Shown here one piece after another: positions 29,254-39,562 of a DNA stretch of 64,000 nucleotides. The notes under the pieces are model-generated. The model made no database searches and was not told the DNA's origin. It saw only the letters and a program-made list of their open reading frames with translations. The stretch is from Klebsiella pneumoniae (lineage in GTDB: Bacteria > Pseudomonadota > Gammaproteobacteria > Pseudomonadales > Azotimanducaceae): contig CAMAVY010000002.1 of NCBI GenBank assembly GCA_945861675.1, positions 1 to 64,000 of the forward strand. Direction: 5' to 3'. The translations under genes were made by a program, and so were the position numbers. Each line of letters begins with the position of its first letter. Positions within the stretch are counted from its first letter, which is position 1.

Positions 29254-30702
29254 ATGAAGCTCAGCGTTCCGCGTTTCGATGGTCACACCGTGCTGGTCGT
29301 GGGCGATGTGATGCTCGATCGCTATTGGCATGGCGACAACGTCCGCATGTCGCCGGAGGCACCTGTGCCCGTAGTGCAGGTGGATGCGCGGGAGGATCGG
29401 CCCGGTGGCGCAGCGAATGTCGCGCTCAATGTGGTCGCGTTGGGCGCGGGCTGTGTGCTCATCGGCGCGGTGGGCGACGATGACGCGGGCCGCATTCTGC
29501 GCGCGAAGCTCGAAGCGGCGGGTGTGCAGGTGGACTTCCTGACCGTGCCGGGTTGGTCGACCATCACCAAGCTGCGTGTGTTCAGTCGTCAGCAGCAGCT
29601 GCTGCGCCTCGACTTCGAATCGCCGTTGCCTGAACTGCACGCCGCTGAGCTGCTGGCCCGCGTGCAGCGCTGGATGGGCAACGTCGATGCGGTGGTGCTG
29701 GAAGACTACGACAAGGGTGTGCTGGCCAATCCGGAAGACGTCATCGCTGCGTTGCGCGATCAGCGCGTGCCGGTGATCGTCGATCCCAAGTTCAAGCCGT
29801 TGGCGCGTTATCGCGGCGCCACGGTGATCAAACCGAACCTGATTGAGTTCGAACGCCACGTGGGCGTGGTGGGTAGCGATGCCGACTTCGAGCTTCGGGC
29901 GCGCGAGCTGATGCAGGCACAGGCCGTGCCCGCATTGGTCATCACGCGCGGCGCGGCAGGCATGACGGTGCTCGAGGCGCATCGAGCCAGCGTGCATCTG
30001 CCGGCGCGGCAGGTGGCGGTGTTCGATGCGATTGGTGCGGGCGACACGGTGGCTGCCACGTTGGCGGTGGCGATGGCGGCCGGGTCCACGGTTGCCGGTG
30101 CCGCGGCGCTGGCAAACGTTGCTGCCGGTCTTGCGGTCAGCCGCCCGGGCACGGTGGCTGTGTCAGCACCGGAACTGCTGCAGGCTGTTGCGCATGAAGA
30201 GCGTGGCGCGCGCGGCGTGCTCAACGTGGCGCAGCTGGAACGTGCGGTTGCGGCAGCACGCGCAACCGGCGAGCGCATGGTGTTGACCAACGGATGCTTT
30301 GACATTCTGCACGCCGGGCATGTGGGCTATCTCGAAGAAGCACGAAAGCTGGGCGATCGGCTGATTGTCGCGGTGAATGCCGACGCTTCTGTCAGCCGGC
30401 TCAAAGGCGCAGGACGACCCATCAACCCATTGCCGCAACGCATGGCGGTGCTGGCGGCATTGTCGGCCGTCGATTGGGTGGTGTCGTTCACTGAAGACAC
30501 ACCAGAAGAACTGTTGTTGCGCGTGCGACCGGACATCCTCGTGAAGGGCGGTGACTATCAGCTCGACGAAGTTGTTGGCGCAGCGCTGGTGCGCGCGTGG
30601 GGCGGTGAGGTGCGTGTGTTGTCGTTGCTGGAGAACTTCTCGACCACGGCGATTCTGGCGCGTGTGAGTGGCAGTGGTGGCGCAGGCGAATCGGAGACCT
30701 GA
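29254..30702 (+). CDS. hldE: bifunctional D-beta-D-heptose 7-phosphate kinase / D-beta-D-heptose 1-phosphate adenylyltransferase
   Basis: N-terminal pfkB kinase domain (VLVVGDVMLDRYWHG) and C-terminal cytidylyltransferase domain (NGCFDILHAGHVGYLEEA). Confidence 0.9.
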   Translation: MKLSVPRFDGHTVLVVGDVMLDRYWHGDNVRMSPEAPVPVVQVDAREDRPGGAANVALNVVALGAGCVLIGAVGDDDAGRILRAKLEAAGVQVDFLTVPGWSTITKLRVFSRQQQLLRLDFESPLPELHAAELLARVQRWMGNVDAVVLEDYDKGVLANPEDVIAALRDQRVPVIVDPKFKPLARYRGATVIKPNLIEFERHVGVVGSDADFELRARELMQAQAVPALVITRGAAGMTVLEAHRASVHLPARQVAVFDAIGAGDTVAATLAVAMAAGSTVAGAAALANVAAGLAVSRPGTVAVSAPELLQAVAHEERGARGVLNVAQLERAVAAARATGERMVLTNGCFDILHAGHVGYLEEARKLGDRLIVAVNADASVSRLKGAGRPINPLPQRMAVLAALSAVDWVVSFTEDTPEELLLRVRPDILVKGGDYQLDEVVGAALVRAWGGEVRVLSLLENFSTTAILARVSGSGGAGESET

Positions 30703-31509
30703 CTAACCCAACAGCGCAGCGTTGGCGCGCAGATGTTGTGGATTCACTGTACCAACCACCACGCTGCTGATGCCGGGCAGTGTGCGCAGCCAGCTGAAGT
30801 GTTCAGTCAGTGCGGGCCCGGCTAGAAAACCGCTATCCAGCGCCTTCTTCACCAGCACGCCACGCTGTTCGCGGTGCGCGGCCGCCACCACGGTGGTTTC
30901 GGCATGATCCTGTGGCGCGAGACTCACCATCACGGTGTCGCAATGGCGTAGCGCGGCGAGGCCGCCCGCCAGTGTCTTGCAGGAGAACGCCACGCTGCGG
31001 ATGTGGCCCTGCGCCTGCAGCAATCGCAGCGTGGCCACGCAGTCGCTGTGTTCGAGAATCTCGATGTCGTTGCCATCGGAATGCACTGAAACGATGTCGA
31101 TGTAGTCGGTGCGCAGGCGGGTCAGGCTGCGCTCTACGCTGGCGCGCACGCTTGCAGCGGAGAAGTCGAACCGCGAACCCTGTTCGTCGAACTGCTCGCC
31201 AACCTTGGTGGCCAGCACCCAGGTGTCGCGGTTGCCGGGCAGCAGTGCACCAATGCGCGCTTCGCTGCTGCCATAGGCGGGCGCAGTGTCGATGAGGTTG
31301 ATGCCGAGTGTGTGCGCCTCGGCCAGCAGACGGCGCAACTCGACGTCGCTGGGCAAGGCGAATGCAGTTGGGTTGCGCAGACCAGTGTTGCGGCCGAATT
31401 TGACTGCGCCGAGCCCGAGCAGCGACACGCGGATACCGGTTTGCCCCAACGCTCTCAGTTCCAAGTCAGCTGCTCCCAGGCAGGAGCGGACAGCGCGGGG
31501 CGTGGGCAT
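30703..31509 (-). CDS. aldo/keto reductase
   Basis: AKR fold segments (LGLGAVKFG, IDTAPAYG, ...). Start ambiguous: ATG at 31509 overlaps the upstream gene. A TTG giving MELRALGQTG lies at ~31462-31464, 5 nt upstream of that gene's stop. Confidence 0.7.
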   Translation of the reverse strand: MPTPRAVRSCLGAADLELRALGQTGIRVSLLGLGAVKFGRNTGLRNPTAFALPSDVELRRLLAEAHTLGINLIDTAPAYGSSEARIGALLPGNRDTWVLATKVGEQFDEQGSRFDFSAASVRASVERSLTRLRTDYIDIVSVHSDGNDIEILEHSDCVATLRLLQAQGHIRSVAFSCKTLAGGLAALRHCDTVMVSLAPQDHAETTVVAAAHREQRGVLVKKALDSGFLAGPALTEHFSWLRTLPGISSVVVGTVNPQHLRANAALLG

Positions 31510-32834
31510 TGCGCCAGGCTGTCCATGTCGGCATCTGCGCGTGGGCGCAGTTGCTGTGCCTGGATCAGCGCGATGACGCGATCAGCCAGGTCCGGCGCCA
31601 AGGTCAGTTTGGTTGGCCAGCAGGTGAACACGCCGTTGTCGTAATGCACATACGCGTGATCCGGTCGGGTGCCGGTGGGGGTGTGTGGCTCCGCGCGTTC
31701 GATCAACGCGGTGGCGAACTGCAGATTGGCGGTGGGCAGCCAGGGCACGCAGGCAGCGAGTTCCGCGCGCGCGAATTCGATCTGTTGTTGCCGGGTGCGG
31801 TGCACGCCCTGGGTCGCAAGCGCGCCGCCCAACGACCACACGCTGCCGCGGCTGTGCGGGTGTGTGGTTCCAGTGGGTGTAGTGCCTGCGTGTGTGGTGC
31901 CGGCGTGTGTAGTAATGGTCAGACGTGGTTCGTTGCTGCGCACGCCCGACAGGCAGTGTGCGAATGCACTGGGCATGTCCGCCCGCTGTGCGTCGTTGTG
32001 CTCGTTCGGTGCCCTGCGCAACCACACCTGATGCAGGGGCCGCAGTTGCATGGCAGGCGCTGCACGTTGCGCCAGGTTCAGCAGCTCCGCATTGCCGGCG
32101 CCTGCACAAAGCAGCAGGCGTTGCGCGTCCACTTCAACATCCACGTCAATGTTGTGCCCGGCGCGACGCAGCAGGTCCGGTGGTAGCTGCATGTGGAGTT
32201 GCAGTTGTACGTGTGTCGCAGCGGCGCGAATGCCGTACACATGCGCGTGCAGAAGACGCGCTGCTGCCTGGTTGTGGCGCGGGTGCTGTGCACCGACGTT
32301 CGCACCGCTGATGCTGTCGGTATCGGCGAGGCGCTGCAGCAGCGCGTGCGTATCGATGACGAAGTCGTCCAGGCGATACACCGGACCGCTGAACCCCGGT
32401 TCGGCCAACCAGCCGGGATAGTCGTGCGCCTGCAATCGCAGGGCGCGCCCCTGCAGGCTGCGGCTGGCGAGAAAGCTGACAAGTCGATCAGCAAGACCTG
32501 CGGTTGCAAACAGATAGTAGGCATCGCTGAGTGCGGGCAGGCCCTGCAGCCCACTGGGCCCGTGTTGCAGCGTGGGTCCGCGCGCGTCTGCAAGCAGTGC
32601 TCGCCAGCGCGCGGGCATTGCCGCAGCGGACTCGGATGCCTCGTTGAGCTTTGCGTTCAGCGCGTACTTCAGCCCGCCGTGCACGATGCCTTGCGACGCC
32701 AGGGTCTGGCCGCTGCCCAGCGCGTTCGACTCGATGAGCACACAGCTGAACCCGTGCTGCCGCAGCGCTGCATGCATCCACAAGCCGGCGATCCCACCAC
32801 CAACGATCGCAAAGTCGACACGGGCACGCGTCAT
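31455..32834 (-). CDS. FAD-dependent oxidoreductase (DAO superfamily), with an in-frame tandem repeat
   Basis: N-terminal Rossmann GxGxxG (VDFAIVGGGIAGL). Repeat THAGTTHAGTTPTGTTH encoded at ~31850-31905. Confidence 0.65.
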   Translation of the reverse strand: MTRARVDFAIVGGGIAGLWMHAALRQHGFSCVLIESNALGSGQTLASQGIVHGGLKYALNAKLNEASESAAAMPARWRALLADARGPTLQHGPSGLQGLPALSDAYYLFATAGLADRLVSFLASRSLQGRALRLQAHDYPGWLAEPGFSGPVYRLDDFVIDTHALLQRLADTDSISGANVGAQHPRHNQAAARLLHAHVYGIRAAATHVQLQLHMQLPPDLLRRAGHNIDVDVEVDAQRLLLCAGAGNAELLNLAQRAAPAMQLRPLHQVWLRRAPNEHNDAQRADMPSAFAHCLSGVRSNEPRLTITTHAGTTHAGTTPTGTTHPHSRGSVWSLGGALATQGVHRTRQQQIEFARAELAACVPWLPTANLQFATALIERAEPHTPTGTRPDHAYVHYDNGVFTCWPTKLTLAPDLADRVIALIQAQQLRPRADADMDSLAQCPRPALSAPAWEQLTWN

Positions 32835-33088
32835 GGAGTGAGTATCAATAGTTCGGTATAGGTGGGCGCTGCGGCAGTATATCGACGGCTGCTGCTGCCG
32901 GTTGTCCTGCCCACATGTCGAACGCTCGCGTACCCGAACCCGAAGCGCACAAAGATGCTGCCGCTACGCAGTCCGGCGCGTCTTCAGGCACGGCTGAAGG
33001 CGTGCAGTCGGGTGTGCCGATGGGTCCGCAGCTGAGTCCGCAGATCGGCCCGCAGCTGGGTCCACAGTTGGGGCTGCCGCGCGCACTC

Positions 33089-34381
33089 ATGTGGCGATGG
33101 CTCTATCAGGTGTTGCTCTTGTTGCTGATGCCCTTCGTGTGGCTGCGTCTGGCCTGGCGTGCGCTGCGGATTCCCGCGCTGCGCACGCGTTGGCCCGAAC
33201 GCCGGGGCGTGCTGGCGCAGACGATTGCACCCGGCGGGATCTGGTTGCACGCGGTGTCGGCGGGCGAGGTCATTGCGGCAGCGCCGCTGATTCGCGCGTT
33301 GCGCGAGCGGCATCCCGCTTGGCCGCTGCTTGTCACCACCACCACGCACACCGGCAGCGAACGCGCGCACGCGCTGCTCGGCGATGCAGTGCAGCATGCC
33401 TATGCGCCATACGACACTGCGGCGGCAGTGCGGCGATTTCTATCATCGGCACAACCCCGCATTGCGGTGCTCTTCGAGACGGAGCTGTGGCCAAACACAA
33501 TCGAAGCCTGCCATCAGCGCGGCATTCGAACGCTATTGGTCAACGGTCGCCTGTCTGCTCGGTCGGCGCGTCGCTACGCGCGGCTCGGCACATTCACCAC
33601 GCGCATGCTGTGTCAGCTGGATGTGGTTGCCTGCCAGGATGCGGCCCACGCGGCGCGCTTTGCGCAGCTCGGCGCGCCGCGCGCGTGTATTCAGGTCCTG
33701 GGCAATCTGAAGTTCGATCTGCAGATTGATCCGGCGCTGCAAACAGCAGGCGCGGCGTTGCGGCTCCAGCCGCCCTTTGCAGGTCGACCCGTGTGGATTG
33801 CGGCCAGCACCCATGCGGGCGAAGAAGCCGTCGTGCTGGCAGCGCATCAGCAGGTTTGCATGCGGTTTCCGCAGGCGTTGCTGGTGTTGGTACCGCGGCA
33901 CCCTGAACGCGGCGATGAAGTTGAACATTTGTGTGCAGGCTGGAACGTTGTGCGACGAAGTCGTGGCGCGCTGCCGGTCGGCGATGCGCAGCGCACTGAT
34001 CCACAGCGCGGTGCCGCGCGCGAGGTGGACATCGTGCTGTGCGATCGAATGGGCGAACTGCTGTTGCTCTACTGCACAGCGCAGGTCGCGTTTGTCGGCG
34101 GCAGTCTGGTCGATGTCGGCGGCCACAATCTGATCGAGCCGGCCGCGCTGGGCGTTCCATTGCTTGCGGGGGCCAGCGATCGGAACTTTGTCGATGTTGT
34201 CGCGCAGCTACGCTCGGTGGGTGCACTGAGAATTGTGTCCGATGCTGACACGCTGGCAGCAGAGGTGTGTGCCGTGCTGGAGGACGCAGCGGCCGCTGTA
34301 GTGCGTTCGGCGGCCGGGCGTCAGATTGTGTCGGCCGGCCAAGGTGCGACCGAGCGCGTGCTGCGCTTGTTTGAAGTGTGA
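33089..34381 (+). CDS. waaA: 3-deoxy-D-manno-octulosonic acid (Kdo) transferase
   Basis: KdtA-like throughout. Starts with a hydrophobic anchor (MWRWLYQVLLLLLMPFVWLRL). The ORF is open upstream to 32915, adding an extension with a (G)PQL(S/G) repeat. Confidence 0.8.
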   Translation: MWRWLYQVLLLLLMPFVWLRLAWRALRIPALRTRWPERRGVLAQTIAPGGIWLHAVSAGEVIAAAPLIRALRERHPAWPLLVTTTTHTGSERAHALLGDAVQHAYAPYDTAAAVRRFLSSAQPRIAVLFETELWPNTIEACHQRGIRTLLVNGRLSARSARRYARLGTFTTRMLCQLDVVACQDAAHAARFAQLGAPRACIQVLGNLKFDLQIDPALQTAGAALRLQPPFAGRPVWIAASTHAGEEAVVLAAHQQVCMRFPQALLVLVPRHPERGDEVEHLCAGWNVVRRSRGALPVGDAQRTDPQRGAAREVDIVLCDRMGELLLLYCTAQVAFVGGSLVDVGGHNLIEPAALGVPLLAGASDRNFVDVVAQLRSVGALRIVSDADTLAAEVCAVLEDAAAAVVRSAAGRQIVSAGQGATERVLRLFEV

Positions 34382-34427
34382 CGCGCGGCCACCCAAGCGG
34401 TGCGCGGCCCGGTTCTGGGCGCTTCTC

Positions 34428-34475
34428 TTGGCCAGTTCGCGTGCTTGGCCAGTTCGCGTCGCCAGTTCGCGTGGT
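34428..34475. repeat. Intergenic tandem repeat (CCAGTTCGCGT x3-4) between the convergent waaA and tolC genes
   Basis: ttggccagttcgcgtgcttggccagttcgcgtcgccagttcgcgtgg. Confidence 0.55.
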
Positions 34476-36064
34476 TAGGGCGTCTCCGCCTGCTCAATTG
34501 CGCTTGGCGCCAGCGCTTCCTCGGAGAGTCTCGCGTCGGGTGCTACTTCGACGTCCTGGGTTGGACGCGTTGCGGCAGCACCGCTCTCGCGCCGAGCTGC
34601 CGGCGGCACACGCTTCGTCGGTTCTGCTGGTGCAGGTGCGGAGTCCGGTGCCGAAACCGGTGGGTTGTCCTGGTACAAGCGATCGATGGGCAATTGCGAC
34701 ACCATCTCCTTGTCGGTCAGGAAGGTATTCAACTCATCGATATCCTGCGGCTGCAAAGAGCCAACGGATTGTTTCAGGCGCAGCAGGTCGGTGACATAGG
34801 CGTAGCGGGAGTCGGCATAGGTGAACTGCGCCTGGTACAAGCGCTGTTGCGCCTGCAGCACATCCACGATGTTGCGCGTGCCAACCTCGTAGCCGGTCTG
34901 TGTGGCTTCCAGTGCTGCTTTGCTCGACTTGATGGACTTCTCGCCTGCGCGCACGCGGACCACATCGGTGATGACCTGCAGATACAGGTTGCGCGTGTCG
35001 CGTGCCACCGTGCGCCGTTGATCTTCCAACTGCTGGCCTGCCTGCTCGGCGCGATACTCGCCTTCGCGCACGCGCGATGACACGAGACCACCCTGGAAGA
35101 TGGGCACGCGCGCCTCGAGCGAATAGGTGCGCGTGTCGGAATCACCAAACGAACTGGACGAGCCCGTGCGGAACTCGGAGTAGTTCGCCACTGCGTCCAG
35201 GGTTGGAAGGTGGGCCGACTTGCGTGCGCGCACATCGCGCTGGGAAGCCAACAGTGTGTCCTGCGCCGAACGAATCTTGTAGCTGCCGGACATGGCCTGC
35301 TCTACCCAGGCCTCTTCGTTGCGCGGCTCCGGATAGACAATGGGCAACGCCAGCGCAAGGCGCTCAAGTGACTGGTAGGACTTGCCGGTCAGCGTGCGCA
35401 GGTTCTCGAACACGATGTCGTGATCGCCGTCGGCCTGAATGCGGCGGACCACGGCGTTGTCGTACACGGCCTGTGACTCGAGTACGTCAGTGATGGCAAC
35501 CAGGCCAACTTCGAAGCGCTGTTGCACCTGTTCCAGCTGACGCTTCACCGCTGTCTCTTCCGCCGTTGCGGAATCGAGCTGGTCCTGTGCGCGCAACACA
35601 TCGAAGTAGGCGGCCGAGACCCGCAGCAGCAGCTCCTGCTCACTGGCATTCAAGTCATTGCGAGCGGCGTCGCGCTGGGCCTGCGCACTGCGCAACGTGA
35701 AGTAGTCGGCAGCTGCGAGGAGCGGTTGGCGGAACTCCGCCTGCCACTGAGTCTGATTGAAGAAGCTCTCGAGATCCTGGCCGGGGAACGATGCGCGCAG
35801 CGACTCTCGTCGAATGTCCTGGTTGGCACCGCCGACGCTGATCTGCGGCAGCAGTGCAGAGCGACTCTGCGCAACAATTTCGTTACGCGCCAGGAAGCCG
35901 GCGCGCGCCGCGCCAATCTTCGGGTCGTTGGTCATCGCGTCGCGCAGGACGTCGCTGAGGTCCGTTGCATGGGCTGCCGCAAATGGGCTGGTGACTGCCA
36001 GCACGAACAGTGCCGGGGTGCACAGCGGACGCAGAAATGTTCTTAACGCCAAAGACATGCGCAT
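34475..36064 (-). CDS. tolC: outer-membrane efflux channel TolC, with a Pro/Ala-rich C-terminal extension
   Basis: Signal peptide, two OEP repeats. Position next to yqiB-parE as in E. coli. 529 aa. Confidence 0.8.
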   Translation of the reverse strand: MRMSLALRTFLRPLCTPALFVLAVTSPFAAAHATDLSDVLRDAMTNDPKIGAARAGFLARNEIVAQSRSALLPQISVGGANQDIRRESLRASFPGQDLESFFNQTQWQAEFRQPLLAAADYFTLRSAQAQRDAARNDLNASEQELLLRVSAAYFDVLRAQDQLDSATAEETAVKRQLEQVQQRFEVGLVAITDVLESQAVYDNAVVRRIQADGDHDIVFENLRTLTGKSYQSLERLALALPIVYPEPRNEEAWVEQAMSGSYKIRSAQDTLLASQRDVRARKSAHLPTLDAVANYSEFRTGSSSSFGDSDTRTYSLEARVPIFQGGLVSSRVREGEYRAEQAGQQLEDQRRTVARDTRNLYLQVITDVVRVRAGEKSIKSSKAALEATQTGYEVGTRNIVDVLQAQQRLYQAQFTYADSRYAYVTDLLRLKQSVGSLQPQDIDELNTFLTDKEMVSQLPIDRLYQDNPPVSAPDSAPAPAEPTKRVPPAARRESGAAATRPTQDVEVAPDARLSEEALAPSAIEQAETP

Positions 36065-36446
36065 GGCTGGGGTCCAGGAGGGGAGGCCGAGTCTAACACT
36101 GGGAATACGCAGACTGACCCAGTCTCCGTCGCCGCACGAAGTACGGCATGGCAGCTACTCTGATCAGGCAGACATGCCTAGAATCGCCGCCCGGTCGTGC
36201 TTCAGACCAGTGGGGTGACGAAGCGACTGCCCGGCCCACGAAGCGGTATGTCAGGGCACTGAAAACTCGACCGTGGATGCTGGCTGGGTGTCTCGATAGT
36301 CGTTTGCACGCCCATCCGGTGGACCGCTGAATCGGGTTGGGGCGGCGGCGCCTGGCAACTTTTCAATCTGATCGGACTAATTCACTTTGACGAGACTAGG
36401 ACATCGCGTGAGGCCACATCGGTACACGGTCAACCTGGGCGCACAC

Positions 36447-36851
36447 ATGAGTGAGTGCGATGCCAACTACGAGCGGTTGCTTCGGCTGCTGCCCGACATT
36501 GGTGGTCGCCAGGCGTGGACGCTCGACATGTTGCAGCCGGAACAGGCGGGCACTGTTCAGTTGTCGGTCGTTGAGCGATGCCCCTACACCACCACGCTGC
36601 GTTGCTCGCAGCGGATCGGCGGCAGCATGGAGTTTGCCGAGCCGAGCATGACGGTGCGCATGTACCACGATGCGCGCACCGCAGAGGTCACGGAGTATCA
36701 GAACGAACGCCGCTTCGACCCCATCTACCACTACCCGAACCAGCACATGCGCTTGCCGGACGAGAAGATGCAGATCAACCGCCTGCTGGGCGACCTGCTG
36801 ATGCTGTGTCAGCCGGCCAACGATGTGCAGACAGAACCGGCGAATCTCTGA
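36447..36851 (+). CDS. yqiB: DUF1249-family protein (YqiB-like)
   Basis: Small conserved protein between tolC and parE, the E. coli yqiB position. Start taken at MSECDANYERLL. The ORF is open upstream to 36387. Confidence 0.6.
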   Translation: MSECDANYERLLRLLPDIGGRQAWTLDMLQPEQAGTVQLSVVERCPYTTTLRCSQRIGGSMEFAEPSMTVRMYHDARTAEVTEYQNERRFDPIYHYPNQHMRLPDEKMQINRLLGDLLMLCQPANDVQTEPANL

Positions 36852-36959
36852 CGGCGGGTAGCCGTCGACTACGGCTACCATCGCGCGCCTGTGTAAGCGT
36901 GCAGAGTGTCAGCGCGCAGAACCTGCTTCAAGCGCTGACGAAATGGCTGTTGGGGAACC

Positions 36960-38867
36960 ATGGCGAAAGAGTATTCCGCAGAGTCGATTCAGGTACTGAC
37001 GGGCCTTGAGCCCGTGCGCAAGCGGCCGGGCATGTACACCGATACATCGCGGCCCAACCATCTGGTGCAGGAGGTTGTGGACAACAGCGTCGATGAGGCG
37101 CTGGCAGGTTTCGCGCGGCGTATCGACGTTGTGCTTCGCGCGGATGGCAGCATCGAAGTGGCGGATGATGGCCGTGGCATGCCGGTGGACGTGCATTCCG
37201 AACACGGTGTGTCAGGCGTCGAGCTGATCCTGACCCGCCTGCATGCCGGCGGAAAGTTCAACCATGACCAATACGGATTCGCAGGCGGCCTGCATGGTGT
37301 CGGCGTGTCGGTGGTGAATGCACTGTCGGCCTGGTTGGAAGTCGAGGTTCAGCGCAACGGCCAGCTTTACTCAATGCGCTTCGAGCAAGGCGAAAAAACG
37401 TCCGAGCTGAAGGTGATCGGTACCGTTGCGCGGCGCACGACGGGCACGCGCGTTCGCTTCCTGCCCGAAGCCAGTTACTTCGACTCGCCGCGCATCGGCT
37501 TGAAATCGCTGGAGCATCTGCTGCGCGCCAAGGCCGTGTTGTGTCCTGGCCTGACTGTGACGTTGACCAACGAGCTGCTGGCGGAACGCGCGAACGACAA
37601 CAGCGAGGCGCAGAGCTGGTGCTACGAGGATGGGCTGGGTGGCTATCTGGCAAGCGCACTCGGCGACCTGCTGACCGTGCCGGACGTGCCGTTTGTGCAT
37701 TCGACGAAGACCGCAACTGAAGCTGCTGACTGGGCGCTCGTGTGGTTGCCGGACGGCGGAGAGCTGGTCGCCGAGAGCTATGTGAACCTGATTCCCACTG
37801 CGCAGGGCGGCACCCATGTTGCGGGATTGCGTGGCGGGCTCACCGATGCAATGCGTGAGTTCTGCGAGTTCCGCAATCTGCTTCCCAGAGGCTTGAAGCT
37901 GGCACCCGAAGATGTGTGGGGTCATGTCAGCTACGTGTTGTCGGTGAAGCTGCGCGAACCGCAGTTCAGTGGTCAGACGAAGGAGCGGCTGTCGTCGCGT
38001 GAATGCGCCGCTTATGTCAGTGGCGTTGCCAAGGACGCGTTCAGTCTGTTTCTCAATCAACACACGGGCGATGCCGAGAAGATTGCCGAAATCGTCATCG
38101 CGGCTGCGCAGCGTCGGGCCAACGAGAGCCGTAAGGTTGCGCGCAAGAAGGTCACCACCGGCCCGGCGTTGCCTGGCAAGCTGGCCGATTGTTCCGGGAG
38201 CGACATCGAACGCTCGGAATTGTTTCTCGTGGAAGGTGACTCTGCGGGCGGTTCGGCCAAGCAGGCGCGCGATCGCGAGTTTCAAGCGGTCATGCCGTTG
38301 CGCGGCAAGATTCTCAATACCTGGGAAGTGGCAAGCGACGATGTGCTGGCGTCGCAGGAAGTGCACGACATCGTCGTGGCGCTGGGCGTCGATCAAGGCA
38401 GTACCGACCTGTCGCGCCTGCGCTACGGCAAGGTCTGCATTCTGGCCGACGCCGACTCGGACGGCCTGCACATTGCCACGCTGTTGTGTGCGCTGTTCCT
38501 GCGGCACTTTCCGGCATTGGTAAATGCAGGTCACGTGTTTGTCGCAATGCCGCCGTTGTATCGCATCGATGTGGGCAAGGAAGTGTTCTACGCGCTCGAC
38601 GAAGCAGAAAAGGCGCAGTTGCTGGCGCGCATTGCTGCGGACAACAAGCGCGGCAAGGTGCAGGTGCAGCGCTTCAAGGGCCTGGGTGAAATGAACCCGT
38701 TGCAACTGCGGGAAACGACCATGGCCACCGCAACGCGCAGACTCGTCCAGCTGACCATCGATGAGGCCGCCGCCACCGAAGAGCTGATGGACATGCTGCT
38801 GGCCAAGCGCAGGGCCGGCGATAGACGCCAATGGTTAGAGGCAAACGGCAATCGGGCCGAGCTCTGA
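36960..38867 (+). CDS. parE: DNA topoisomerase IV subunit B
   Basis: GHKL ATPase and TOPRIM domains. No GyrB-specific insertion. ~635 aa. Neighbourhood yqiB / parC. Confidence 0.9.
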   Translation: MAKEYSAESIQVLTGLEPVRKRPGMYTDTSRPNHLVQEVVDNSVDEALAGFARRIDVVLRADGSIEVADDGRGMPVDVHSEHGVSGVELILTRLHAGGKFNHDQYGFAGGLHGVGVSVVNALSAWLEVEVQRNGQLYSMRFEQGEKTSELKVIGTVARRTTGTRVRFLPEASYFDSPRIGLKSLEHLLRAKAVLCPGLTVTLTNELLAERANDNSEAQSWCYEDGLGGYLASALGDLLTVPDVPFVHSTKTATEAADWALVWLPDGGELVAESYVNLIPTAQGGTHVAGLRGGLTDAMREFCEFRNLLPRGLKLAPEDVWGHVSYVLSVKLREPQFSGQTKERLSSRECAAYVSGVAKDAFSLFLNQHTGDAEKIAEIVIAAAQRRANESRKVARKKVTTGPALPGKLADCSGSDIERSELFLVEGDSAGGSAKQARDREFQAVMPLRGKILNTWEVASDDVLASQEVHDIVVALGVDQGSTDLSRLRYGKVCILADADSDGLHIATLLCALFLRHFPALVNAGHVFVAMPPLYRIDVGKEVFYALDEAEKAQLLARIAADNKRGKVQVQRFKGLGEMNPLQLRETTMATATRRLVQLTIDEAAATEELMDMLLAKRRAGDRRQWLEANGNRAEL

Positions 38868-38910
38868 CATGGCCTGTGCAGATGTTTGAGCAGCTGAAGG
38901 AAGCACGCGA

Positions 38911-39549
38911 ATGGAACTGATCCAGATGTTCATCGACCTGGTGTTGCACCTGGACCAGCATCTGTTGCAACTGACCCGCGACTACGGCGTATGGGTGTAC
39001 GGCATTCTGTTCTTCATCATCTTCAGCGAGACGGGCTTTGTCGTAACGCCGTTCCTGCCGGGCGATTCGCTGTTGTTTGTTGCCGGCGCACTGGCCGCCA
39101 CAGGTAATCTCGATCTCGGCGTTCTGACCGTGGCGCTATTGGTCGCAGCCATTGCCGGCAATCAGGTGAACTTCAGCATTGGTCGGTGGTTGGGGCCGAA
39201 GGTTCTGGCAAGCCGGACCGGAGCGCGTTTGCTCAAACCTGAGCATGTCGCGCGCACGCAGGCGTTCTTCGAGCGCCACGGTGGCAAGACGCTGGTGCTG
39301 GCGCGCTTTGTGCCGATTGTGCGCACCTACGCACCGTTCATTGCCGGTGTCGGGCGTATGCCGGTGCCGCGTTTCAGCTTGTACAACCTGTTGGGCGCCT
39401 TGATCTGGATCGGTTCTTTGGTTGGCGCAGGCTTTCTGTTCGGCAACCTGCCATTCATCAGAGACAACCTGACGGCCGTGGTGCTGGGGATCGTGTTCAT
39501 TTCTGTGTTGCCCGCGCTGATCGAAGTGATCAGAGCGCGCAGGGCGTGA
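38911..39549 (+). CDS. DedA/SNARE-associated family inner-membrane protein
   Basis: Typical DedA hydrophobic pattern and conserved LPGDS / GxxxVxR-like segments. 212 aa. Confidence 0.75.
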   Translation: MELIQMFIDLVLHLDQHLLQLTRDYGVWVYGILFFIIFSETGFVVTPFLPGDSLLFVAGALAATGNLDLGVLTVALLVAAIAGNQVNFSIGRWLGPKVLASRTGARLLKPEHVARTQAFFERHGGKTLVLARFVPIVRTYAPFIAGVGRMPVPRFSLYNLLGALIWIGSLVGAGFLFGNLPFIRDNLTAVVLGIVFISVLPALIEVIRARRA

Positions 39550-39562
39550 TTGGAGGTTTGAG

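Noticed and set aside
37371-38831. 486-aa ORF antisense to parE
   Set aside because: Antisense to a highly conserved topoisomerase gene. No motifs.
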